In this document: in pieces, positions 1 to 11,146 of the stretch | Numbering within the stretch: position 1 is the first letter of the stretch | Layout of the letters: every line of letters starts with the position of its first letter | Assembly (NCBI GenBank): GCA_965279035.1 | Contig: OZ257142.1 | Coordinates: forward strand, 4,128,001-4,192,000 | Reading direction: 5' to 3' | DNA: 64,000 bases | Origin: Bacteroidia bacterium | Lineage (GTDB): Bacteria; Bacteroidota; Bacteroidia; M30B66 | Position numbers and translations under genes: made by a program | The notes under the pieces: generated by a model | Told to the model about the DNA's origin: nothing | Databases searched by the model: none | The model's input: only the letters and a program-made list of their open reading frames with translations

Positions 1-2529
1 GGTAATGTCTTCTCCCATAACGAGTGCGATGTTCACACCAGGAGTTTCTTCTGAAATTGTGAATTCAACAGGAACGCAAGTCATTCCAGGCTGATCAGCC
101 ATCAAACGATATGTTCCAAAAGCTAAGTTTGTGATTTCAAAGTTTCCAGAATTATCTGATGCAATCCAACGTTGAGGAATGTCTGACAGATTGGTTATTA
201 CCACTTGAGCTCCTGTTACTGGCGATTGTGCTGATGAATACTCAGGGTTGAATATGCGGAATGGACCATCATCAATACTTCCTCCTACTGTTCCATTTCC
301 GCCTGGATTTTCACCGTAGATTAATGAAATAGTGTAAGAATACCCGTTAACATTATTGACAATTTGCTCAGCATTAAACCAGTAATACTGTTCACCAAAA
401 TACGTAGGTGTGTATTGACTATAATATTGAGAAGCATCTGTCAATCCAGCTTTTACTAAGTATGTTCCAATTGGTAAAGCAGGGAAAACATAGAAACCTG
501 AATCAGCATCAACCGTTGCAATTAACTCTGCTGCAAAAGAAATTGGATCAATGCTGTATAGTTTTGCTTTTGCGTGATCAGCCAAATTAGCTCCTGCGTA
601 TATATAACCTCCTATGTCATATAAGTAGTTAGTAGTGTCTAAACTAATAGTGCCAGTATAAGAATCAGAACAACCATTACTGCTAGTCATTGTGAGTGTA
701 ACAGTATACACACCATATTCTGCATAAACGTGTTCAGCATTCAATGTTGTAGCAGTATTCCCATCACCAAAATCCCAAGTGAATTGTGCGTTAAACGTAC
801 TACTCATATTAGTGAAATTGATTTGCATTGCTGAGGTATTCGAAATCTCAGCACCAAAATAGGCTTCACAGGTTGGCAAAGAATCCGTCGGCACAACAAG
901 TTCCATACAGGTTGTATCACTGCATGTTCCATTCGTAGCACTTACAATATGGCAAATAGAATATGTGCCTGGAGTAAAGCTAAATACTGGATGGTAATTG
1001 TCTGAAACAAGTCCATTGCTTACTATCCAATAATGATTTAAACCATCAACAGGACCACTGTATGCTGAATTGAATTGATATGGATAATTCTGTGGATTAG
1101 GAACATCACCTACATAAACCGACTGGAATGAAGAATTACATTGTGTTGTATCTTGATTACCAGCATATACATATGCGCAAAACGTGTTTTCACATTGATC
1201 AGAATGAACGGTTAAACACACTTGATAAATTCCAGGAACGGCATACGTATGATAAAGACTTGATTCAGATCCAATGCTATTATCACCAAAATCCCAAAAG
1301 TATGTAGGATTATTTCCCTCTATAACAGATAAACCTGCGTCAAACAATACCATTTGCAAATTCCCAGCTTGACAGGTATAATTATATGAAGCTGAACAGC
1401 CTGCATTTGTTGTGTCATTAGTAATTACAATGGCTTGACAATAAGTATCCTCGCAACCTATCGGATCCATTGTTCCCGAGACTACATGCAAACACACTTC
1501 ATATACTCCAGCCCCAGGGAATGTAAAATTTGGGAATGTTTGATCTGAAAAAACATTTCCATTTATTGACCATATGCTCGATAATGCCGCTCCAGAACTT
1601 TGATTCTGGAAATAAACCTGAGTGGGATTACTGATTTCGGTTGAGTATGAAAATGCGGCATGGCATGTACTGGTATCTGCTACCACATTAATAGTCTGAC
1701 ATATCGTGTTTTGACAATCAGCTGTTGTTACCTGTAAGCACACAGAATAATTACCTGTTTGAGTATAAATATGCGTTGGATTGGCTTCAGAACTATTTAC
1801 ACCATCACCAAAATACCAATAATAAGATTGTACAGGAGCCGAAGTTGTGGTTGTATTGACAAAAGAATAACTTGAAGAATTCGTTGAATTTGGAACAATG
1901 GTGAAAAATGGTAGACAGGTTCCATTCGCGCCAGGAGTTACAAAACTGCAGTAGGAATCTGTACAACCACTTGCAGAAGTAATTGTTAAACAAACTTCCA
2001 TTCCATCGTTCGTTGGAAAGGTAAAATCAAAATTCTCTAAGGTCGATACAACTGTCCCATTGATAACCCACATATACGTTAAAGGTAAAGTCCCAGAAGT
2101 ACTCTGACTTTGAAAAATCACATGATTCGTTACAGTTGGATCTATATAAGCTACATATTGAGCATTACATTCTCCAGTAGGAATAGTACAAATCTCAAAG
2201 TTCACCAATGCTGAATCAATTGTTCCTTGGTTATTTGATACGGTATCGGTTAAATAAGTAGTATCGCAATTAGCTGTTTCTACTATAAACAACTGATTTG
2301 GTCCGCTTAAACTTCCACTTGGAACGTTAAACGAATAATAGCCATCATTATTCGTAACTACAGTATATGTTTGCCCCATACCAGTAATGGTAATAGGCCA
2401 GTTTGCAATTGGAAATGTTGCATTAGGGTTAGTAACAAAACCATAAATGAATAAATCATCCGACGGAACTTGTGCCTTCGAAACGAATGCGAACAAAACC
2501 AAACTGAGAGTAAACAATAGCTTTTTCAT
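1..2529 (-). CDS. Large secreted PKD/Ig-like repeat protein, probable T9SS cargo; 3' end lies outside the window
   Basis: Missing from the ORF track because there is no stop in the window. Manual reading from ATG 2529 gives the signal peptide MKKLLFTLSLVLFAFVSKAQ. Repeated PKD-like motifs (W-D/Y-FGDG, Y-x-VCL-x-V, C..CQ) follow, and the frame appears open to base 1. Confidence 0.75.
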   Translation of the reverse strand, partial: MKKLLFTLSLVLFAFVSKAQVPSDDLFIYGFVTNPNATFPIANWPITITGMGQTYTVVTNNDGYYSFNVPSGSLSGPNQLFIVETANCDTTYLTDTVSNNQGTIDSALVNFEICTIPTGECNAQYVAYIDPTVTNHVIFQSQSTSGTLPLTYMWVINGTVVSTLENFDFTFPTNDGMEVCLTITSASGCTDSYCSFVTPGANGTCLPFFTIVPNSTNSSSYSFVNTTTTSAPVQSYYWYFGDGVNSSEANPTHIYTQTGNYSVCLQVTTADCQNTICQTINVVADTSTCHAAFSYSTEISNPTQVYFQNQSSGAALSSIWSINGNVFSDQTFPNFTFPGAGVYEVCLHVVSGTMDPIGCEDTYCQAIVITNDTTNAGCSASYNYTCQAGNLQMVLFDAGLSVIEGNNPTYFWDFGDNSIGSESSLYHTYAVPGIYQVCLTVHSDQCENTFCAYVYAGNQDTTQCNSSFQSVYVGDVPNPQNYPYQFNSAYSGPVDGLNHYWIVSNGLVSDNYHPVFSFTPGTYSICHIVSATNGTCSDTTCMELVVPTDSLPTCEAYFGAEISNTSAMQINFTNMSSTFNAQFTWDFGDGNTATTLNAEHVYAEYGVYTVTLTMTSSNGCSDSYTGTISLDTTNYLYDIGGYIYAGANLADHAKAKLYSIDPISFAAELIATVDADSGFYVFPALPIGTYLVKAGLTDASQYYSQYTPTYFGEQYYWFNAEQIVNNVNGYSYTISLIYGENPGGNGTVGGSIDDGPFRIFNPEYSSAQSPVTGAQVVITNLSDIPQRWIASDNSGNFEITNLAFGTYRLMADQPGMTCVPVEFTISEETPGVNIALVMGEDIT

Positions 2530-2747
2530 GTGATTCAGATTATTGATGATACAAATGTGCTTTAAGTTCTATCGGTACGCAATGTTTGAATTCAAAATTC
2601 TTACGCAATCAAATTACTAATAATCCTCCAAACTACTACATAATATACATTTATACGTAATTTATTTCTACCGATAATTTCAAAATATCATCCATATTTT
2701 TTGTTTGAAATCTACATAATAGCTGAATCAATTTACATTTGACGCAC

Positions 2748-3521
2748 ATGTTGGCTCGCATTGCTTATTATATTTCCTATTTCATTCTCGCAAAAGGTCT
2801 AAACAGGGTTCATTCGCCCTTCGTTTTTTCTTTATACACCGAAATAATTCTCGCTCACAAACAGTTTTATGCATTTGCTCCCATCGAGAAAATTAGAGCA
2901 CGTTTGTTAAAATCCAATCAAGTCATTTCCGACCTCGATCCAGGAGCTGGTTCTAAGAAAGCTACTTCTAAAAAATATATTAAATCGATTGCGAAAAATA
3001 GCTTGCTACCGCCTTGGCAAGGTCAATTGTTATTTGCTTTAACCGATTATTTCAAACCTTCCATTATCCTTGAATTAGGCACTTCGCTCGGTATCTCAGC
3101 GCTCTATCTTGCAAAAGCGAATAATGCTCAAGTACATACAATTGAAGGTCAAACATCAATAGCAAACATCGCCCGACAAACTATCGCCGAAGGAAAAGCT
3201 AGAAATGTTGTTGTTCATGATGGCCTTTTCGAAGAAGTTCTACCTTCTTTGCTTCCCAAACTTCAAAAAATTGATCTCCTTTATCTTGATGGGAATCATA
3301 CCTACGAAGCGACTCTCCGATATTTCAATCAACTCCTGCCCTATCTTCACAACGAATCAGTAATAATTGTTGACGATATTCGTTGGAGTAAAGAAATGAT
3401 GACTGCATGGAAAACGCTCATCACTCGAGATGATATTCATGTGAGTATCGATCTTCAAAAGTTTGGTATATTGTTCTTTCGCAATACACAAGTAAAAGAA
3501 CATTTTATTCTTCGTGTTTGA
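2748..3521 (+). CDS. Class I SAM-dependent (O-)methyltransferase, Methyltransf_24-like
   Basis: Motifs ILELGTSLGIS, DLLYLDGNH and IIVDDI. ATG 2748 follows a TACATTTG -7 promoter box. Confidence 0.8.
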   Translation: MLARIAYYISYFILAKGLNRVHSPFVFSLYTEIILAHKQFYAFAPIEKIRARLLKSNQVISDLDPGAGSKKATSKKYIKSIAKNSLLPPWQGQLLFALTDYFKPSIILELGTSLGISALYLAKANNAQVHTIEGQTSIANIARQTIAEGKARNVVVHDGLFEEVLPSLLPKLQKIDLLYLDGNHTYEATLRYFNQLLPYLHNESVIIVDDIRWSKEMMTAWKTLITRDDIHVSIDLQKFGILFFRNTQVKEHFILRV

Positions 3522-3571
3522 ATCCCTTCACCATTTGTCCGTCTTGAGGAAAAACGTAGGTTTGATGCCCC

Positions 3572-4291
3572 ATGAATACTACTGAAAATGTTATTAGCCT
3601 CCGGAAAATTATCCGGAATTTCAAACTAGGATCTGAAATTATCCAAGTCCTTCGCTCTATCGACCTCAACATCAATCGGGGCGAATATGTTGCCCTCATG
3701 GGCCCTTCTGGATCAGGAAAATCAACGCTCATGAACATCATTGGCTGTCTCGATACACCTACCTCGGGAGAATATGAACTCAACGGCCAAGTCGTTTCCA
3801 AACTTAGCGATAACGAACTAGCCGACATTCGAAACAAAGAAATTGGCTTTATCTTTCAAACGTTTAACCTGCTGCCCCGCTCAACAGCACTCGACAATGT
3901 GATTCTTCCGCTCATTTATGCAGGAGAAAATAAGGTCGATCGTGAAAGTAAAGCACGCAAAGCCCTCGATCAAGTTGGTCTCAGCGATCGTATCATGCAC
4001 AAACCGAACGAGCTTTCAGGAGGTCAGCGTCAACGTGTAGCCATTGCAAGAGCACTCGTTAATTCACCGTCCATTCTTCTTGCCGATGAACCAACAGGGA
4101 ATCTTGATACCAAAACTTCCATCGAAATTATGGGCTTGCTTCACGATATCCACAATCAAGGCAACACCATCATTATTGTAACACACGAAGAAGACATCGC
4201 GCTTCATGCTCACCGTATCATCCGCCTTCGCGATGGTATTATTGAAAATGATTACATAAACGAAAACATCCGGGTTTATCAAAAAGCATGA
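3572..4291 (+). CDS. ABC transporter ATP-binding protein (LolD/MacB-like)
   Basis: Walker [10 protein letters not shown], signature [25 protein letters not shown]. Confidence 0.9.
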   Translation: MNTTENVISLRKIIRNFKLGSEIIQVLRSIDLNINRGEYVALMGPSGSGKSTLMNIIGCLDTPTSGEYELNGQVVSKLSDNELADIRNKEIGFIFQTFNLLPRSTALDNVILPLIYAGENKVDRESKARKALDQVGLSDRIMHKPNELSGGQRQRVAIARALVNSPSILLADEPTGNLDTKTSIEIMGLLHDIHNQGNTIIIVTHEEDIALHAHRIIRLRDGIIENDYINENIRVYQKA

Positions 4292-4322
4292 ACATTCAAC
4301 CTTAATAATACGTTCGGGGAAC

Positions 4323-4871
4323 ATGAAAATTTATACACGAACCGGCGATTCCGGACAAACATCTCTCCTCGGTGGAACTCGCGTCCCAAAACATCACCTC
4401 CGAATTGAAGCATACGGCACTCTCGACGAACTAAATTCTCATATCGGGCTACTTCGCGATCAAGGTCTAAGCGATATCAGCACCAGCCAACTTTTCGAAA
4501 TCCAAGACCGAATTTTCACACTTGGCTCCCATCTAGCTTCTGATCCCGAAAAAAGCAAAGCTAAAATTCCCGATATCAGTCCCGACGACATTCTGTTTCT
4601 CGAAAATGCCATCGATCACATGAACGAAGAACTTCCCGAAATGCGCAGTTTTGTTCTTCCCGGTGGACATCCCGCTGTTTCTATTTGTCACATTGCTCGC
4701 TGTGTTTGTCGTCGCGCCGAACGCTTAATTGTTCATCTTGCAGAACACAGTCATGTCGAAGATAGTGTCATTCAATACATCAACCGTTTATCCGATTACC
4801 TCTTCGTATTGTCTCGTAAAATCAGTTCTGATTTCAACGCAATCGAAACTCCCTGGAAACCAAGGATGTAA
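4323..4871 (+). CDS. PduO-type cob(I)alamin adenosyltransferase
   Basis: MKIYTRTGDSGQTSL, AYGTLDELNS, RRAER, YINRLSDYLF. Confidence 0.9.
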   Translation: MKIYTRTGDSGQTSLLGGTRVPKHHLRIEAYGTLDELNSHIGLLRDQGLSDISTSQLFEIQDRIFTLGSHLASDPEKSKAKIPDISPDDILFLENAIDHMNEELPEMRSFVLPGGHPAVSICHIARCVCRRAERLIVHLAEHSHVEDSVIQYINRLSDYLFVLSRKISSDFNAIETPWKPRM

Positions 4872-4985
4872 AATATCACCACTTTCGATAAAGCTATCTT
4901 CTTATTTCTATTTTTGCGGAAAGTTGACGCACTAAGCCGAAAACTTCTGTTCACTTATTAATTAATTCACACAAATACCAAGGAA

Positions 4986-5207
4986 ATGTACTGGACACTA
5001 GAACTTGCCTCTTACCTTGAAGACGCACCTTGGCCTGCTACTAAGGACGAACTAATCGATTTCGGCATTCGTTCGGGAGCTCCTCTAGAGGTTATCGAGA
5101 ACCTGCAAGAGATTGAGGACGAAGGCGAAGTGTATGAAAGTATTGAAGAAATCTGGCCGGATTACCCGACAAAAGACGACTTCTTCTTCAACGAAGACGA
5201 ATACTGA
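4986..5207 (+). CDS. DUF2795 family small acidic protein
   Basis: MYWTLELASYLEDAPWPATKDELID matches a conserved Bacteroidota small protein. A TATTTTTG promoter box lies upstream. Confidence 0.8.
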   Translation: MYWTLELASYLEDAPWPATKDELIDFGIRSGAPLEVIENLQEIEDEGEVYESIEEIWPDYPTKDDFFFNEDEY

Positions 5208-5229
5208 TTTTCTTATTCTTCAAGATATC

Positions 5230-5262
5230 AAGCGCTGTTCTGCAAAGAGTAGCGCTTTTTTT
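5230..5262 (+). terminator. Rho-independent terminator
   Basis: AGCGCT...AGCGCT stem followed by a T-run after the DUF2795 gene. Confidence 0.6.
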
Positions 5263-5265
5263 ATG

Positions 5266-5357
5266 GCACCCGGGCGGGCTGTTCGCTATAGTCCTTGCTG
5301 TATGCCATAGCTTTAGCGAAGGCATACGCGGCGGGCTGCCGCTACCATCCCTGGTGC
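5266..5357 (-). repeat. Flavo-1-like structured repeat, copy A, with a nested hairpin
   Basis: Minus strand reads AGGGATGGTAGCGGCAGCCCG...GGACTATAGCGAACAGCCCG, closed by GCACC/GGTGC. Related copies at 20300, 33818 and 48665. Confidence 0.55.
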
Positions 5358-5370
5358 TCACCTTTAATCT

Positions 5371-6135
5371 TCAATCTTTCAATCCTATCCAGGCTTCGGT
5401 GCCCGGTAAAGCTGCCGTTATTTCAATCGGGTCCTTTTTAACCGGATGCTCAAATCGTAACATCCGCGCATGCAAACAAATACTCCGATCCGGGTTTCCT
5501 CGTCGTGCTCCATATTTTACATCACCCTTTATAGGCCATCCCATCGCCGATAATTGCACCCGAATTTGATGATGTCTTCCAGTTAATGGCTCTACCTCCA
5601 ATAAGGTGTATCTATCCAACACACGAATTACTTTAAAACTCAATTCGCAGCGTAAATACCCATCTCGAGGCTCTTTCAATGCTCTCGAAGTATTCTTCTC
5701 TTCATTTTTACTTAAATAATGAACGAGTGTTCCTTCTTCCTGCTCCACTTTCCCTTCAACTAATGCCCAATATGTTTTCTTAATCGTTCGCAATCGAAAC
5801 TGCTCATTCATTCGCGATAATGCCTTGCTTGTTCGAGCCATCAATACCACTCCGCTCACTGGACGATCAATGCGATGAATCACACCTATAAATGCATCTC
5901 CTGGTTTTTGATACTTCACCCGTAAATATTCGGCAACCTTTTCACTCAATGGAATATCTCCCGTTTTATCGCCTTGCACAATCTCTCCTGCTTGTTTATT
6001 TACAGCTATCAGATGATTATCCTCAAACAATATAGTTCCCCCGGACTTAAGTCCGGGGCTGCCGAAATTACCGGAAATGCTGGAGTTGTCGGAGCTTCCG
6101 GGGATTCCGGAGCTATTAATAAGATTCGGATCCAT
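5371..6135 (-). CDS. RluA-family pseudouridine synthase
   Basis: [38 protein letters not shown]. Has an unusual N-terminal extension. Confidence 0.9.
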   Translation of the reverse strand: MDPNLINSSGIPGSSDNSSISGNFGSPGLKSGGTILFEDNHLIAVNKQAGEIVQGDKTGDIPLSEKVAEYLRVKYQKPGDAFIGVIHRIDRPVSGVVLMARTSKALSRMNEQFRLRTIKKTYWALVEGKVEQEEGTLVHYLSKNEEKNTSRALKEPRDGYLRCELSFKVIRVLDRYTLLEVEPLTGRHHQIRVQLSAMGWPIKGDVKYGARRGNPDRSICLHARMLRFEHPVKKDPIEITAALPGTEAWIGLKD

Positions 6136-6931
6136 TGGGAAAATCGCTCGATTTCACATCTTTCACATAATTCCCAATGGCAGCAACAATTTGTTCATGC
6201 AAATTGAGATAGGTGCGTAAAAAACGTGGTTTAAACTCGGTGTTGATTCCCAACATATCGTGTAATACCAAAACCTGTCCGTCTACTCCTCCACCAGCAC
6301 CAATACCAATAATAGGAATTGCAACTTCTTTTGCAACACGTGTAGCTAAATTGGCTGGAACTTTTTCAATCACAATAGCAAAACATCCTGCTTCCTGCAA
6401 CAAATGCGCATCATGAATCAGTTTTTGTGCTTCTTCTTCTTCCTTGGCACGAACCACATAGGTTCCAAATTTATAGATCGATTGAGGAGTCAATCCCAAA
6501 TGTCCCATCACAGGAACACCTGCACTCAAAATCCGCTTTACTGATTCCACAACTTCTTCGCCGCCTTCTAATTTGATAGCATGCGCTCCTGTTTCCTTCA
6601 TCACACGAATGGCCGAAGTCAATGCTTCTTTCGAATTTCCCTGATACGATCCAAAAGGCAAATCCACAACCACCAAAGCACGCGAAGTCCCACGAATTAC
6701 TGATGAAGCGTGATAAATCATCTGATCAAGCGTAATGGGTAACGTTGTTTCATGACCAGCCATCACATTCGAAGCCGAATCTCCAACCAAAATGACATCT
6801 ATTCCAGCCTCATCCACCATTCCAGCCATTGAAAAATCATATGCAGTCAACATGGAGATTTTCTCTCCCTTATTCTTCATTTCCTGCAGTGTCTTGGTAG
6901 TAACGCGTTTAATCTCTTTTTGAACCGACAT
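6116..6931 (-). CDS. panB: 3-methyl-2-oxobutanoate hydroxymethyltransferase
   Basis: [43 protein letters not shown]. Confidence 0.97.
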   Translation of the reverse strand: MSVQKEIKRVTTKTLQEMKNKGEKISMLTAYDFSMAGMVDEAGIDVILVGDSASNVMAGHETTLPITLDQMIYHASSVIRGTSRALVVVDLPFGSYQGNSKEALTSAIRVMKETGAHAIKLEGGEEVVESVKRILSAGVPVMGHLGLTPQSIYKFGTYVVRAKEEEEAQKLIHDAHLLQEAGCFAIVIEKVPANLATRVAKEVAIPIIGIGAGGGVDGQVLVLHDMLGINTEFKPRFLRTYLNLHEQIVAAIGNYVKDVKSSDFPNGSESY

Positions 6932-7000
6932 AGTTTTTTATCCGATAAAGGGCAATATTAGTCATTTACTCCCTGTGATGAAATTCCTACTTTTGCCCGT

Positions 7001-8017
7001 ATGAATAAAATCATTGTTTTTGCGCTGAGTCTTATTACACTCATTATAAGTTCTTGTTCAAACGACCTTAAGATAAATGCTCCTTGGAAAGATGTAACTG
7101 TTGTTTTCGGTTTGCTGAATAAAGACGAAACCACTCATTACATTCGCATAAGTAAAGCTTTCTTGGGCGAAGGAGATGCATTGGAATTTGCCTCTCAATT
7201 CGATTCTTTATATTATAAACCTGAATTATTAGAAGTCAAAGTTGAAGAAATGCTCAATGGAATTGTGAGCAGAACATTTATTTGCGAACCGGAATTCGAC
7301 ATTGCAAAAGATCCTGGCATTTTCTCAGCTCCTTCGCAAATTCTCTATAAATTTTCTACCAGTTCAACTCAAAAAATAAATCCGAATGCTTCATTTCGTT
7401 TAACTGTAAAGAACAATTCATCTGGCAACACGGTAACTTCCGAATCTGTTTTAGTTAAAAACTTGATTCTATCTTCTCCCAATGCGAATATTCCTGAAAT
7501 AAATATTTATCCTCAAAACACGACTACTATTAAGTGGAAAACAGCCGAAAACGGAAAAATGTATGAATTGTTTCTTCGTTTTAAGTACCGTGAATTCAGC
7601 GAATTAAATCCAACAGATATCGTTTCTAAAATAGTTGAGATTAATTTAGGACGAATCACTACCGATCTAACTGAAGGAGGAAAAGAAATGTCGATGAATA
7701 TTGCCAATTCTACCATTTACCAAACATTAGCCTCTTCAATACCTGCAGCAAGCATCGAAAGCCCAATGGTTAGAATTGCAGATAGTCTTCAATTTCAAAT
7801 AAATGTTGCTGCAGAAGATTTAACAACCTACCTCAATGTAAATCAACCTTCAAATACAATTGCTCAAGAAAGACCACAGTTTAGCAACATTACAAATGGA
7901 CTTGGTATCTTTTCTTCGCGGGTTGCACTAATCCGCACACTTTATTTGAACGATTTTACGGTCGATTCACTTCGTGGAAATCCCCAAACAGAAGGCATCA
8001 ACTGGCAGCCTCGCTAA
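7001..8017 (+). CDS. Hypothetical lipoprotein (DUF4249-like)
   Basis: Lipobox IISSC; C-terminal FSNITNGLGIFSSR motif. Confidence 0.6.
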   Translation: MNKIIVFALSLITLIISSCSNDLKINAPWKDVTVVFGLLNKDETTHYIRISKAFLGEGDALEFASQFDSLYYKPELLEVKVEEMLNGIVSRTFICEPEFDIAKDPGIFSAPSQILYKFSTSSTQKINPNASFRLTVKNNSSGNTVTSESVLVKNLILSSPNANIPEINIYPQNTTTIKWKTAENGKMYELFLRFKYREFSELNPTDIVSKIVEINLGRITTDLTEGGKEMSMNIANSTIYQTLASSIPAASIESPMVRIADSLQFQINVAAEDLTTYLNVNQPSNTIAQERPQFSNITNGLGIFSSRVALIRTLYLNDFTVDSLRGNPQTEGINWQPR

Positions 8018-8020
8018 TTC

Positions 8021-8127
8021 TGACTAAATGTCACCTGGTTTGCTGCCAGAATCGGAAGGACTCACACCCTGTACTGTCAAAACTGACAAGCACAGGGTGT
8101 CTTTTTTGGGTGGCATAGACATTGAAA
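8021..8127 (+). promoter_or_regulatory. dnaK upstream region with palindromic TGAC/TGTC boxes and a sigma54-like TGGCA-N6-TTG motif
   Basis: TGACTAAATGTCA at 8021, TGTCAAAACTGACA at 8075, TGGCATAGACATTGA at 8111. Confidence 0.45.
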
Positions 8128-8171
8128 ACCGGCGAGCACACTGAAAATTAACCGAACAAAAAAATAAAACA

Positions 8172-10076
8172 ATGGGAAAGATCATAGGCATTGACTTGGG
8201 AACAACTAACTCCTGCGTAGCCGTGATGGAAGGCAATGAGCCAGTTGTTATTCAAAACAGCGAAGGCAAACGCACAACACCTTCCATTGTAGCATTCCTC
8301 GACAATGGAGAGCGTAAAGTAGGAGATCCTGCTAAACGTCAAGCCATCACAAATCCAACAAAAACCATCTCTTCAATTAAACGTTTTATGGGCAACAGCT
8401 TTTCGGAAGTTCAAACCGAGGCAGGACGTGTACCATACAAAGTAGTTAAAGGAGATAACAACACCCCACGCGTTCAAATAGATGATCGCACGTATACTCC
8501 TCAAGAAATCTCCGCAATGGTGCTTCAAAAAATGAAGCAAACTGCTCAAGATTATTTGGGTACTGATGTAACTGAAGCTGTAATTACCGTACCTGCTTAT
8601 TTCAACGACGCTCAACGTCAAGCTACAAAAGAAGCTGGCGAAATCGCAGGATTGAAAGTCATGCGTATTATCAACGAACCTACTGCAGCTGCTCTTGCTT
8701 ATGGTTTAGATAAGAAAAATGCCGACATGAAAATTGTCGTTTTCGACTGCGGAGGAGGAACACATGACGTTTCTGTTCTTGACTTAGGAGATGGTGTTTT
8801 CGAAGTAAAATCAACCGATGGTGATACACATCTTGGAGGAGACGATTTCGATCAGAAAATTATCGATTGGTTAGCAGAAGAATTTTCTTCTACCGAAGGT
8901 GAGGGACTTGATTTACGTAAAGATGCAATGGCATTGCAACGCTTGAAAGAAGCAGCAGAAAAAGCCAAAGTAGAACTTTCTAGTTCTGCAAGCACAGAAA
9001 TCAATCTTCCTTATGTAACAGCAACAGCAACAGGACCTAAACACCTTGTTCGCACTCTAACACGTGCTAAATTTGAACAATTAGCTGATGATTTAATTCG
9101 TCGTACAATTGAACCTTGTAAAACAGCATTGAAAAATGCCAATTACAGTACAAGTGATATTGATGAAATCATCCTAGTTGGTGGATCAACGCGTATTCCA
9201 GCAATCCAAGCTGCAGTAGAAAAATTCTTTGGAAAAGCTCCAAACAAAGGAGTAAATCCAGATGAAGTGGTTGCCATTGGAGCTGCAATTCAGGGTGGTG
9301 TATTAACAGGAGAAGTGAAAGATGTTCTATTGTTAGATGTAACACCTCTATCTCTTGGAATCGAAACGATGGGCGGAGTAATGACACGGCTTATTGAGTC
9401 AAATACTACAATTCCAACCAAAAAATCAGAAGTGTTCTCAACAGCTAGCGATAATCAACCATCCGTTGAAATTCACATTCTTCAAGGAGAACGTCCAATG
9501 GCGGCACAAAATCGCACAATCGGTCGATTCCATTTGGATGGTATTCCGCCAGCACCTCGTGGCATTCCACAAGTTGAAGTGACTTTCGATATAGATGCCA
9601 ATGGAATACTTCATGTTGCAGCAAAAGACAAAGCAACTGGTAAAGAACAAAAAATCCGTATTGAAGCTTCTTCGGGCTTGAGTGATGATGACATTAAGAA
9701 AATGAAAGCTGAAGCTGAAGCAAATGCAGAAACTGATCGCAAAGCAAAAGAAGAAGCAGAAAAAATCAACCAAGCTGACACCTTGATTTTCCAAACAGAA
9801 AAGCAACTGAAAGAATATGGTGATAAAATACCTGCGGAGAAAAAAGGTGCTATTGAATCTGCTCTAACAAATCTGAAAGCAGCTCATCAAACTCGCGATT
9901 TAGCTGCAATTGATTCTTCGCTTGAAGTGCTTAACAATGCATGGTCTGCTGCTTCAGAAGATATGTATAAAGCAAGTCAAGGAGCTGATAATGCATCTGA
10001 ACCACAAGCAGAAAACCAAAGTCAAAATGCTGAAGTGACAGATGTAGATTTCGAAGAAGTAAAGGACGATAAATAA
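8172..10076 (+). CDS. dnaK: Molecular chaperone DnaK
   Basis: [39 protein letters not shown]. Confidence 0.99.
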   Translation: MGKIIGIDLGTTNSCVAVMEGNEPVVIQNSEGKRTTPSIVAFLDNGERKVGDPAKRQAITNPTKTISSIKRFMGNSFSEVQTEAGRVPYKVVKGDNNTPRVQIDDRTYTPQEISAMVLQKMKQTAQDYLGTDVTEAVITVPAYFNDAQRQATKEAGEIAGLKVMRIINEPTAAALAYGLDKKNADMKIVVFDCGGGTHDVSVLDLGDGVFEVKSTDGDTHLGGDDFDQKIIDWLAEEFSSTEGEGLDLRKDAMALQRLKEAAEKAKVELSSSASTEINLPYVTATATGPKHLVRTLTRAKFEQLADDLIRRTIEPCKTALKNANYSTSDIDEIILVGGSTRIPAIQAAVEKFFGKAPNKGVNPDEVVAIGAAIQGGVLTGEVKDVLLLDVTPLSLGIETMGGVMTRLIESNTTIPTKKSEVFSTASDNQPSVEIHILQGERPMAAQNRTIGRFHLDGIPPAPRGIPQVEVTFDIDANGILHVAAKDKATGKEQKIRIEASSGLSDDDIKKMKAEAEANAETDRKAKEEAEKINQADTLIFQTEKQLKEYGDKIPAEKKGAIESALTNLKAAHQTRDLAAIDSSLEVLNNAWSAASEDMYKASQGADNASEPQAENQSQNAEVTDVDFEEVKDDK

Positions 10077-10092
10077 GCATTAATGCTTTCTT

Positions 10093-10130
10093 AGAACCGT
10101 CATTTCTAAAATAGAAATGGCGGTTTTTTT
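10093..10130 (+). terminator. dnaK terminator
   Basis: AACCGTCATTTCTA-AAA-TAGAAATGGCGGTT followed by a T-run. Confidence 0.8.
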
Positions 10131-10135
10131 ATATA

Positions 10136-10175
10136 AAAAAACCCGGAGACACCTGTGCTGAAGTGCCTCCGGGTA
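10136..10175 (-). terminator. Minus-strand terminator
   Basis: Minus strand reads ACCCGGAGGCAC...GTGTCTCCGGGT-TTTTT. Confidence 0.7.
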
Positions 10176-10564
10176 AATAGTTCACATAAATACCAGTTGC
10201 GCTCCTAACCCATTCAGAATGGCAACTGCTCTAATTCATCAATTGAAACTGCTCAGGAATCAACTGTTTTATAGAAATAGAATTACGTGATAACTTAACC
10301 TAATGGCACAAAGGTGACTATTAATTATTAAGTGCAACAGGGGGGCAACACCTATATTTTATGAAATCATTAAGAAATTGGGATCGGATTTTATATACCA
10401 ATTTCCCTCTCCAATAAGTAGAATTCCTTTTGTGTTTTTATTGTCGGATTAGTGATTTATTATAAAAAATAAATCGCGTTAAAATACATGGACAAGCAGT
10501 TGATTTTGCGAAAGTGTTTTTTTTAAATTAATCTTGAATCCTTATATGAAACCGACATAAGTAT

Positions 10565-10975
10565 TCAAGATCGATGAGCCATTTGATGCTCTTTAATTAG
10601 CTCGAGTAAATACAAATTCTGTAACGGTTTATTCAAAAACCCAGAGACCAAAGGATGTTCTTCTGCTTTGATTTTATCTTTTATATTTTCAGAAGATGAC
10701 AACATATAAATTCTACTCCTGTACTTTATTCCAGGAAATCGTTCTTGACATAAGCTTAGAAATTCCCAGCCATTGATTATTGGCATGGTGATATCCAAAA
10801 AAATTAAATCGGGTAATTTCCTAGTTTTAGGAAATTTTGCAAGTTCCTTTAATGCATCTCCAGCATATAAAAAGCATTCTATTCGAACATCTGGAAAGTG
10901 TTCTTGAATAAGATAACTGTTAAACACATTATTCATCGGATCATCATCAATTAACCAAATCGTTTCAAGTTCCAT
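10565..10975 (-). CDS. Single-domain response regulator (receiver)
   Basis: LIDDD, PDLIFLDITMP, MLSSS, NKPL. Confidence 0.85.
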   Translation of the reverse strand: MELETIWLIDDDPMNNVFNSYLIQEHFPDVRIECFLYAGDALKELAKFPKTRKLPDLIFLDITMPIINGWEFLSLCQERFPGIKYRSRIYMLSSSENIKDKIKAEEHPLVSGFLNKPLQNLYLLELIKEHQMAHRS

Positions 10976-11146
10976 TTCCGGTAGTTTTGGACTGGCAAAC
11001 TAAACAAAGGTGATTGATTAGAATTCCTAAATGGAATACTTAACTTACAAAGAATAATTAACTACTCTTTTAGTTGCAATCTATTGAATAGCATATGGTT
11101 ATATAGCTCAATAATTCTTACACATAGAAATAAACTATACGCTATA

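Noticed and set aside
3505-3837. Short antisense ORFs over ABC, dnaK, sucAB and other genes
   Set aside because: Shadow ORFs of well-supported genes with no independent motifs.
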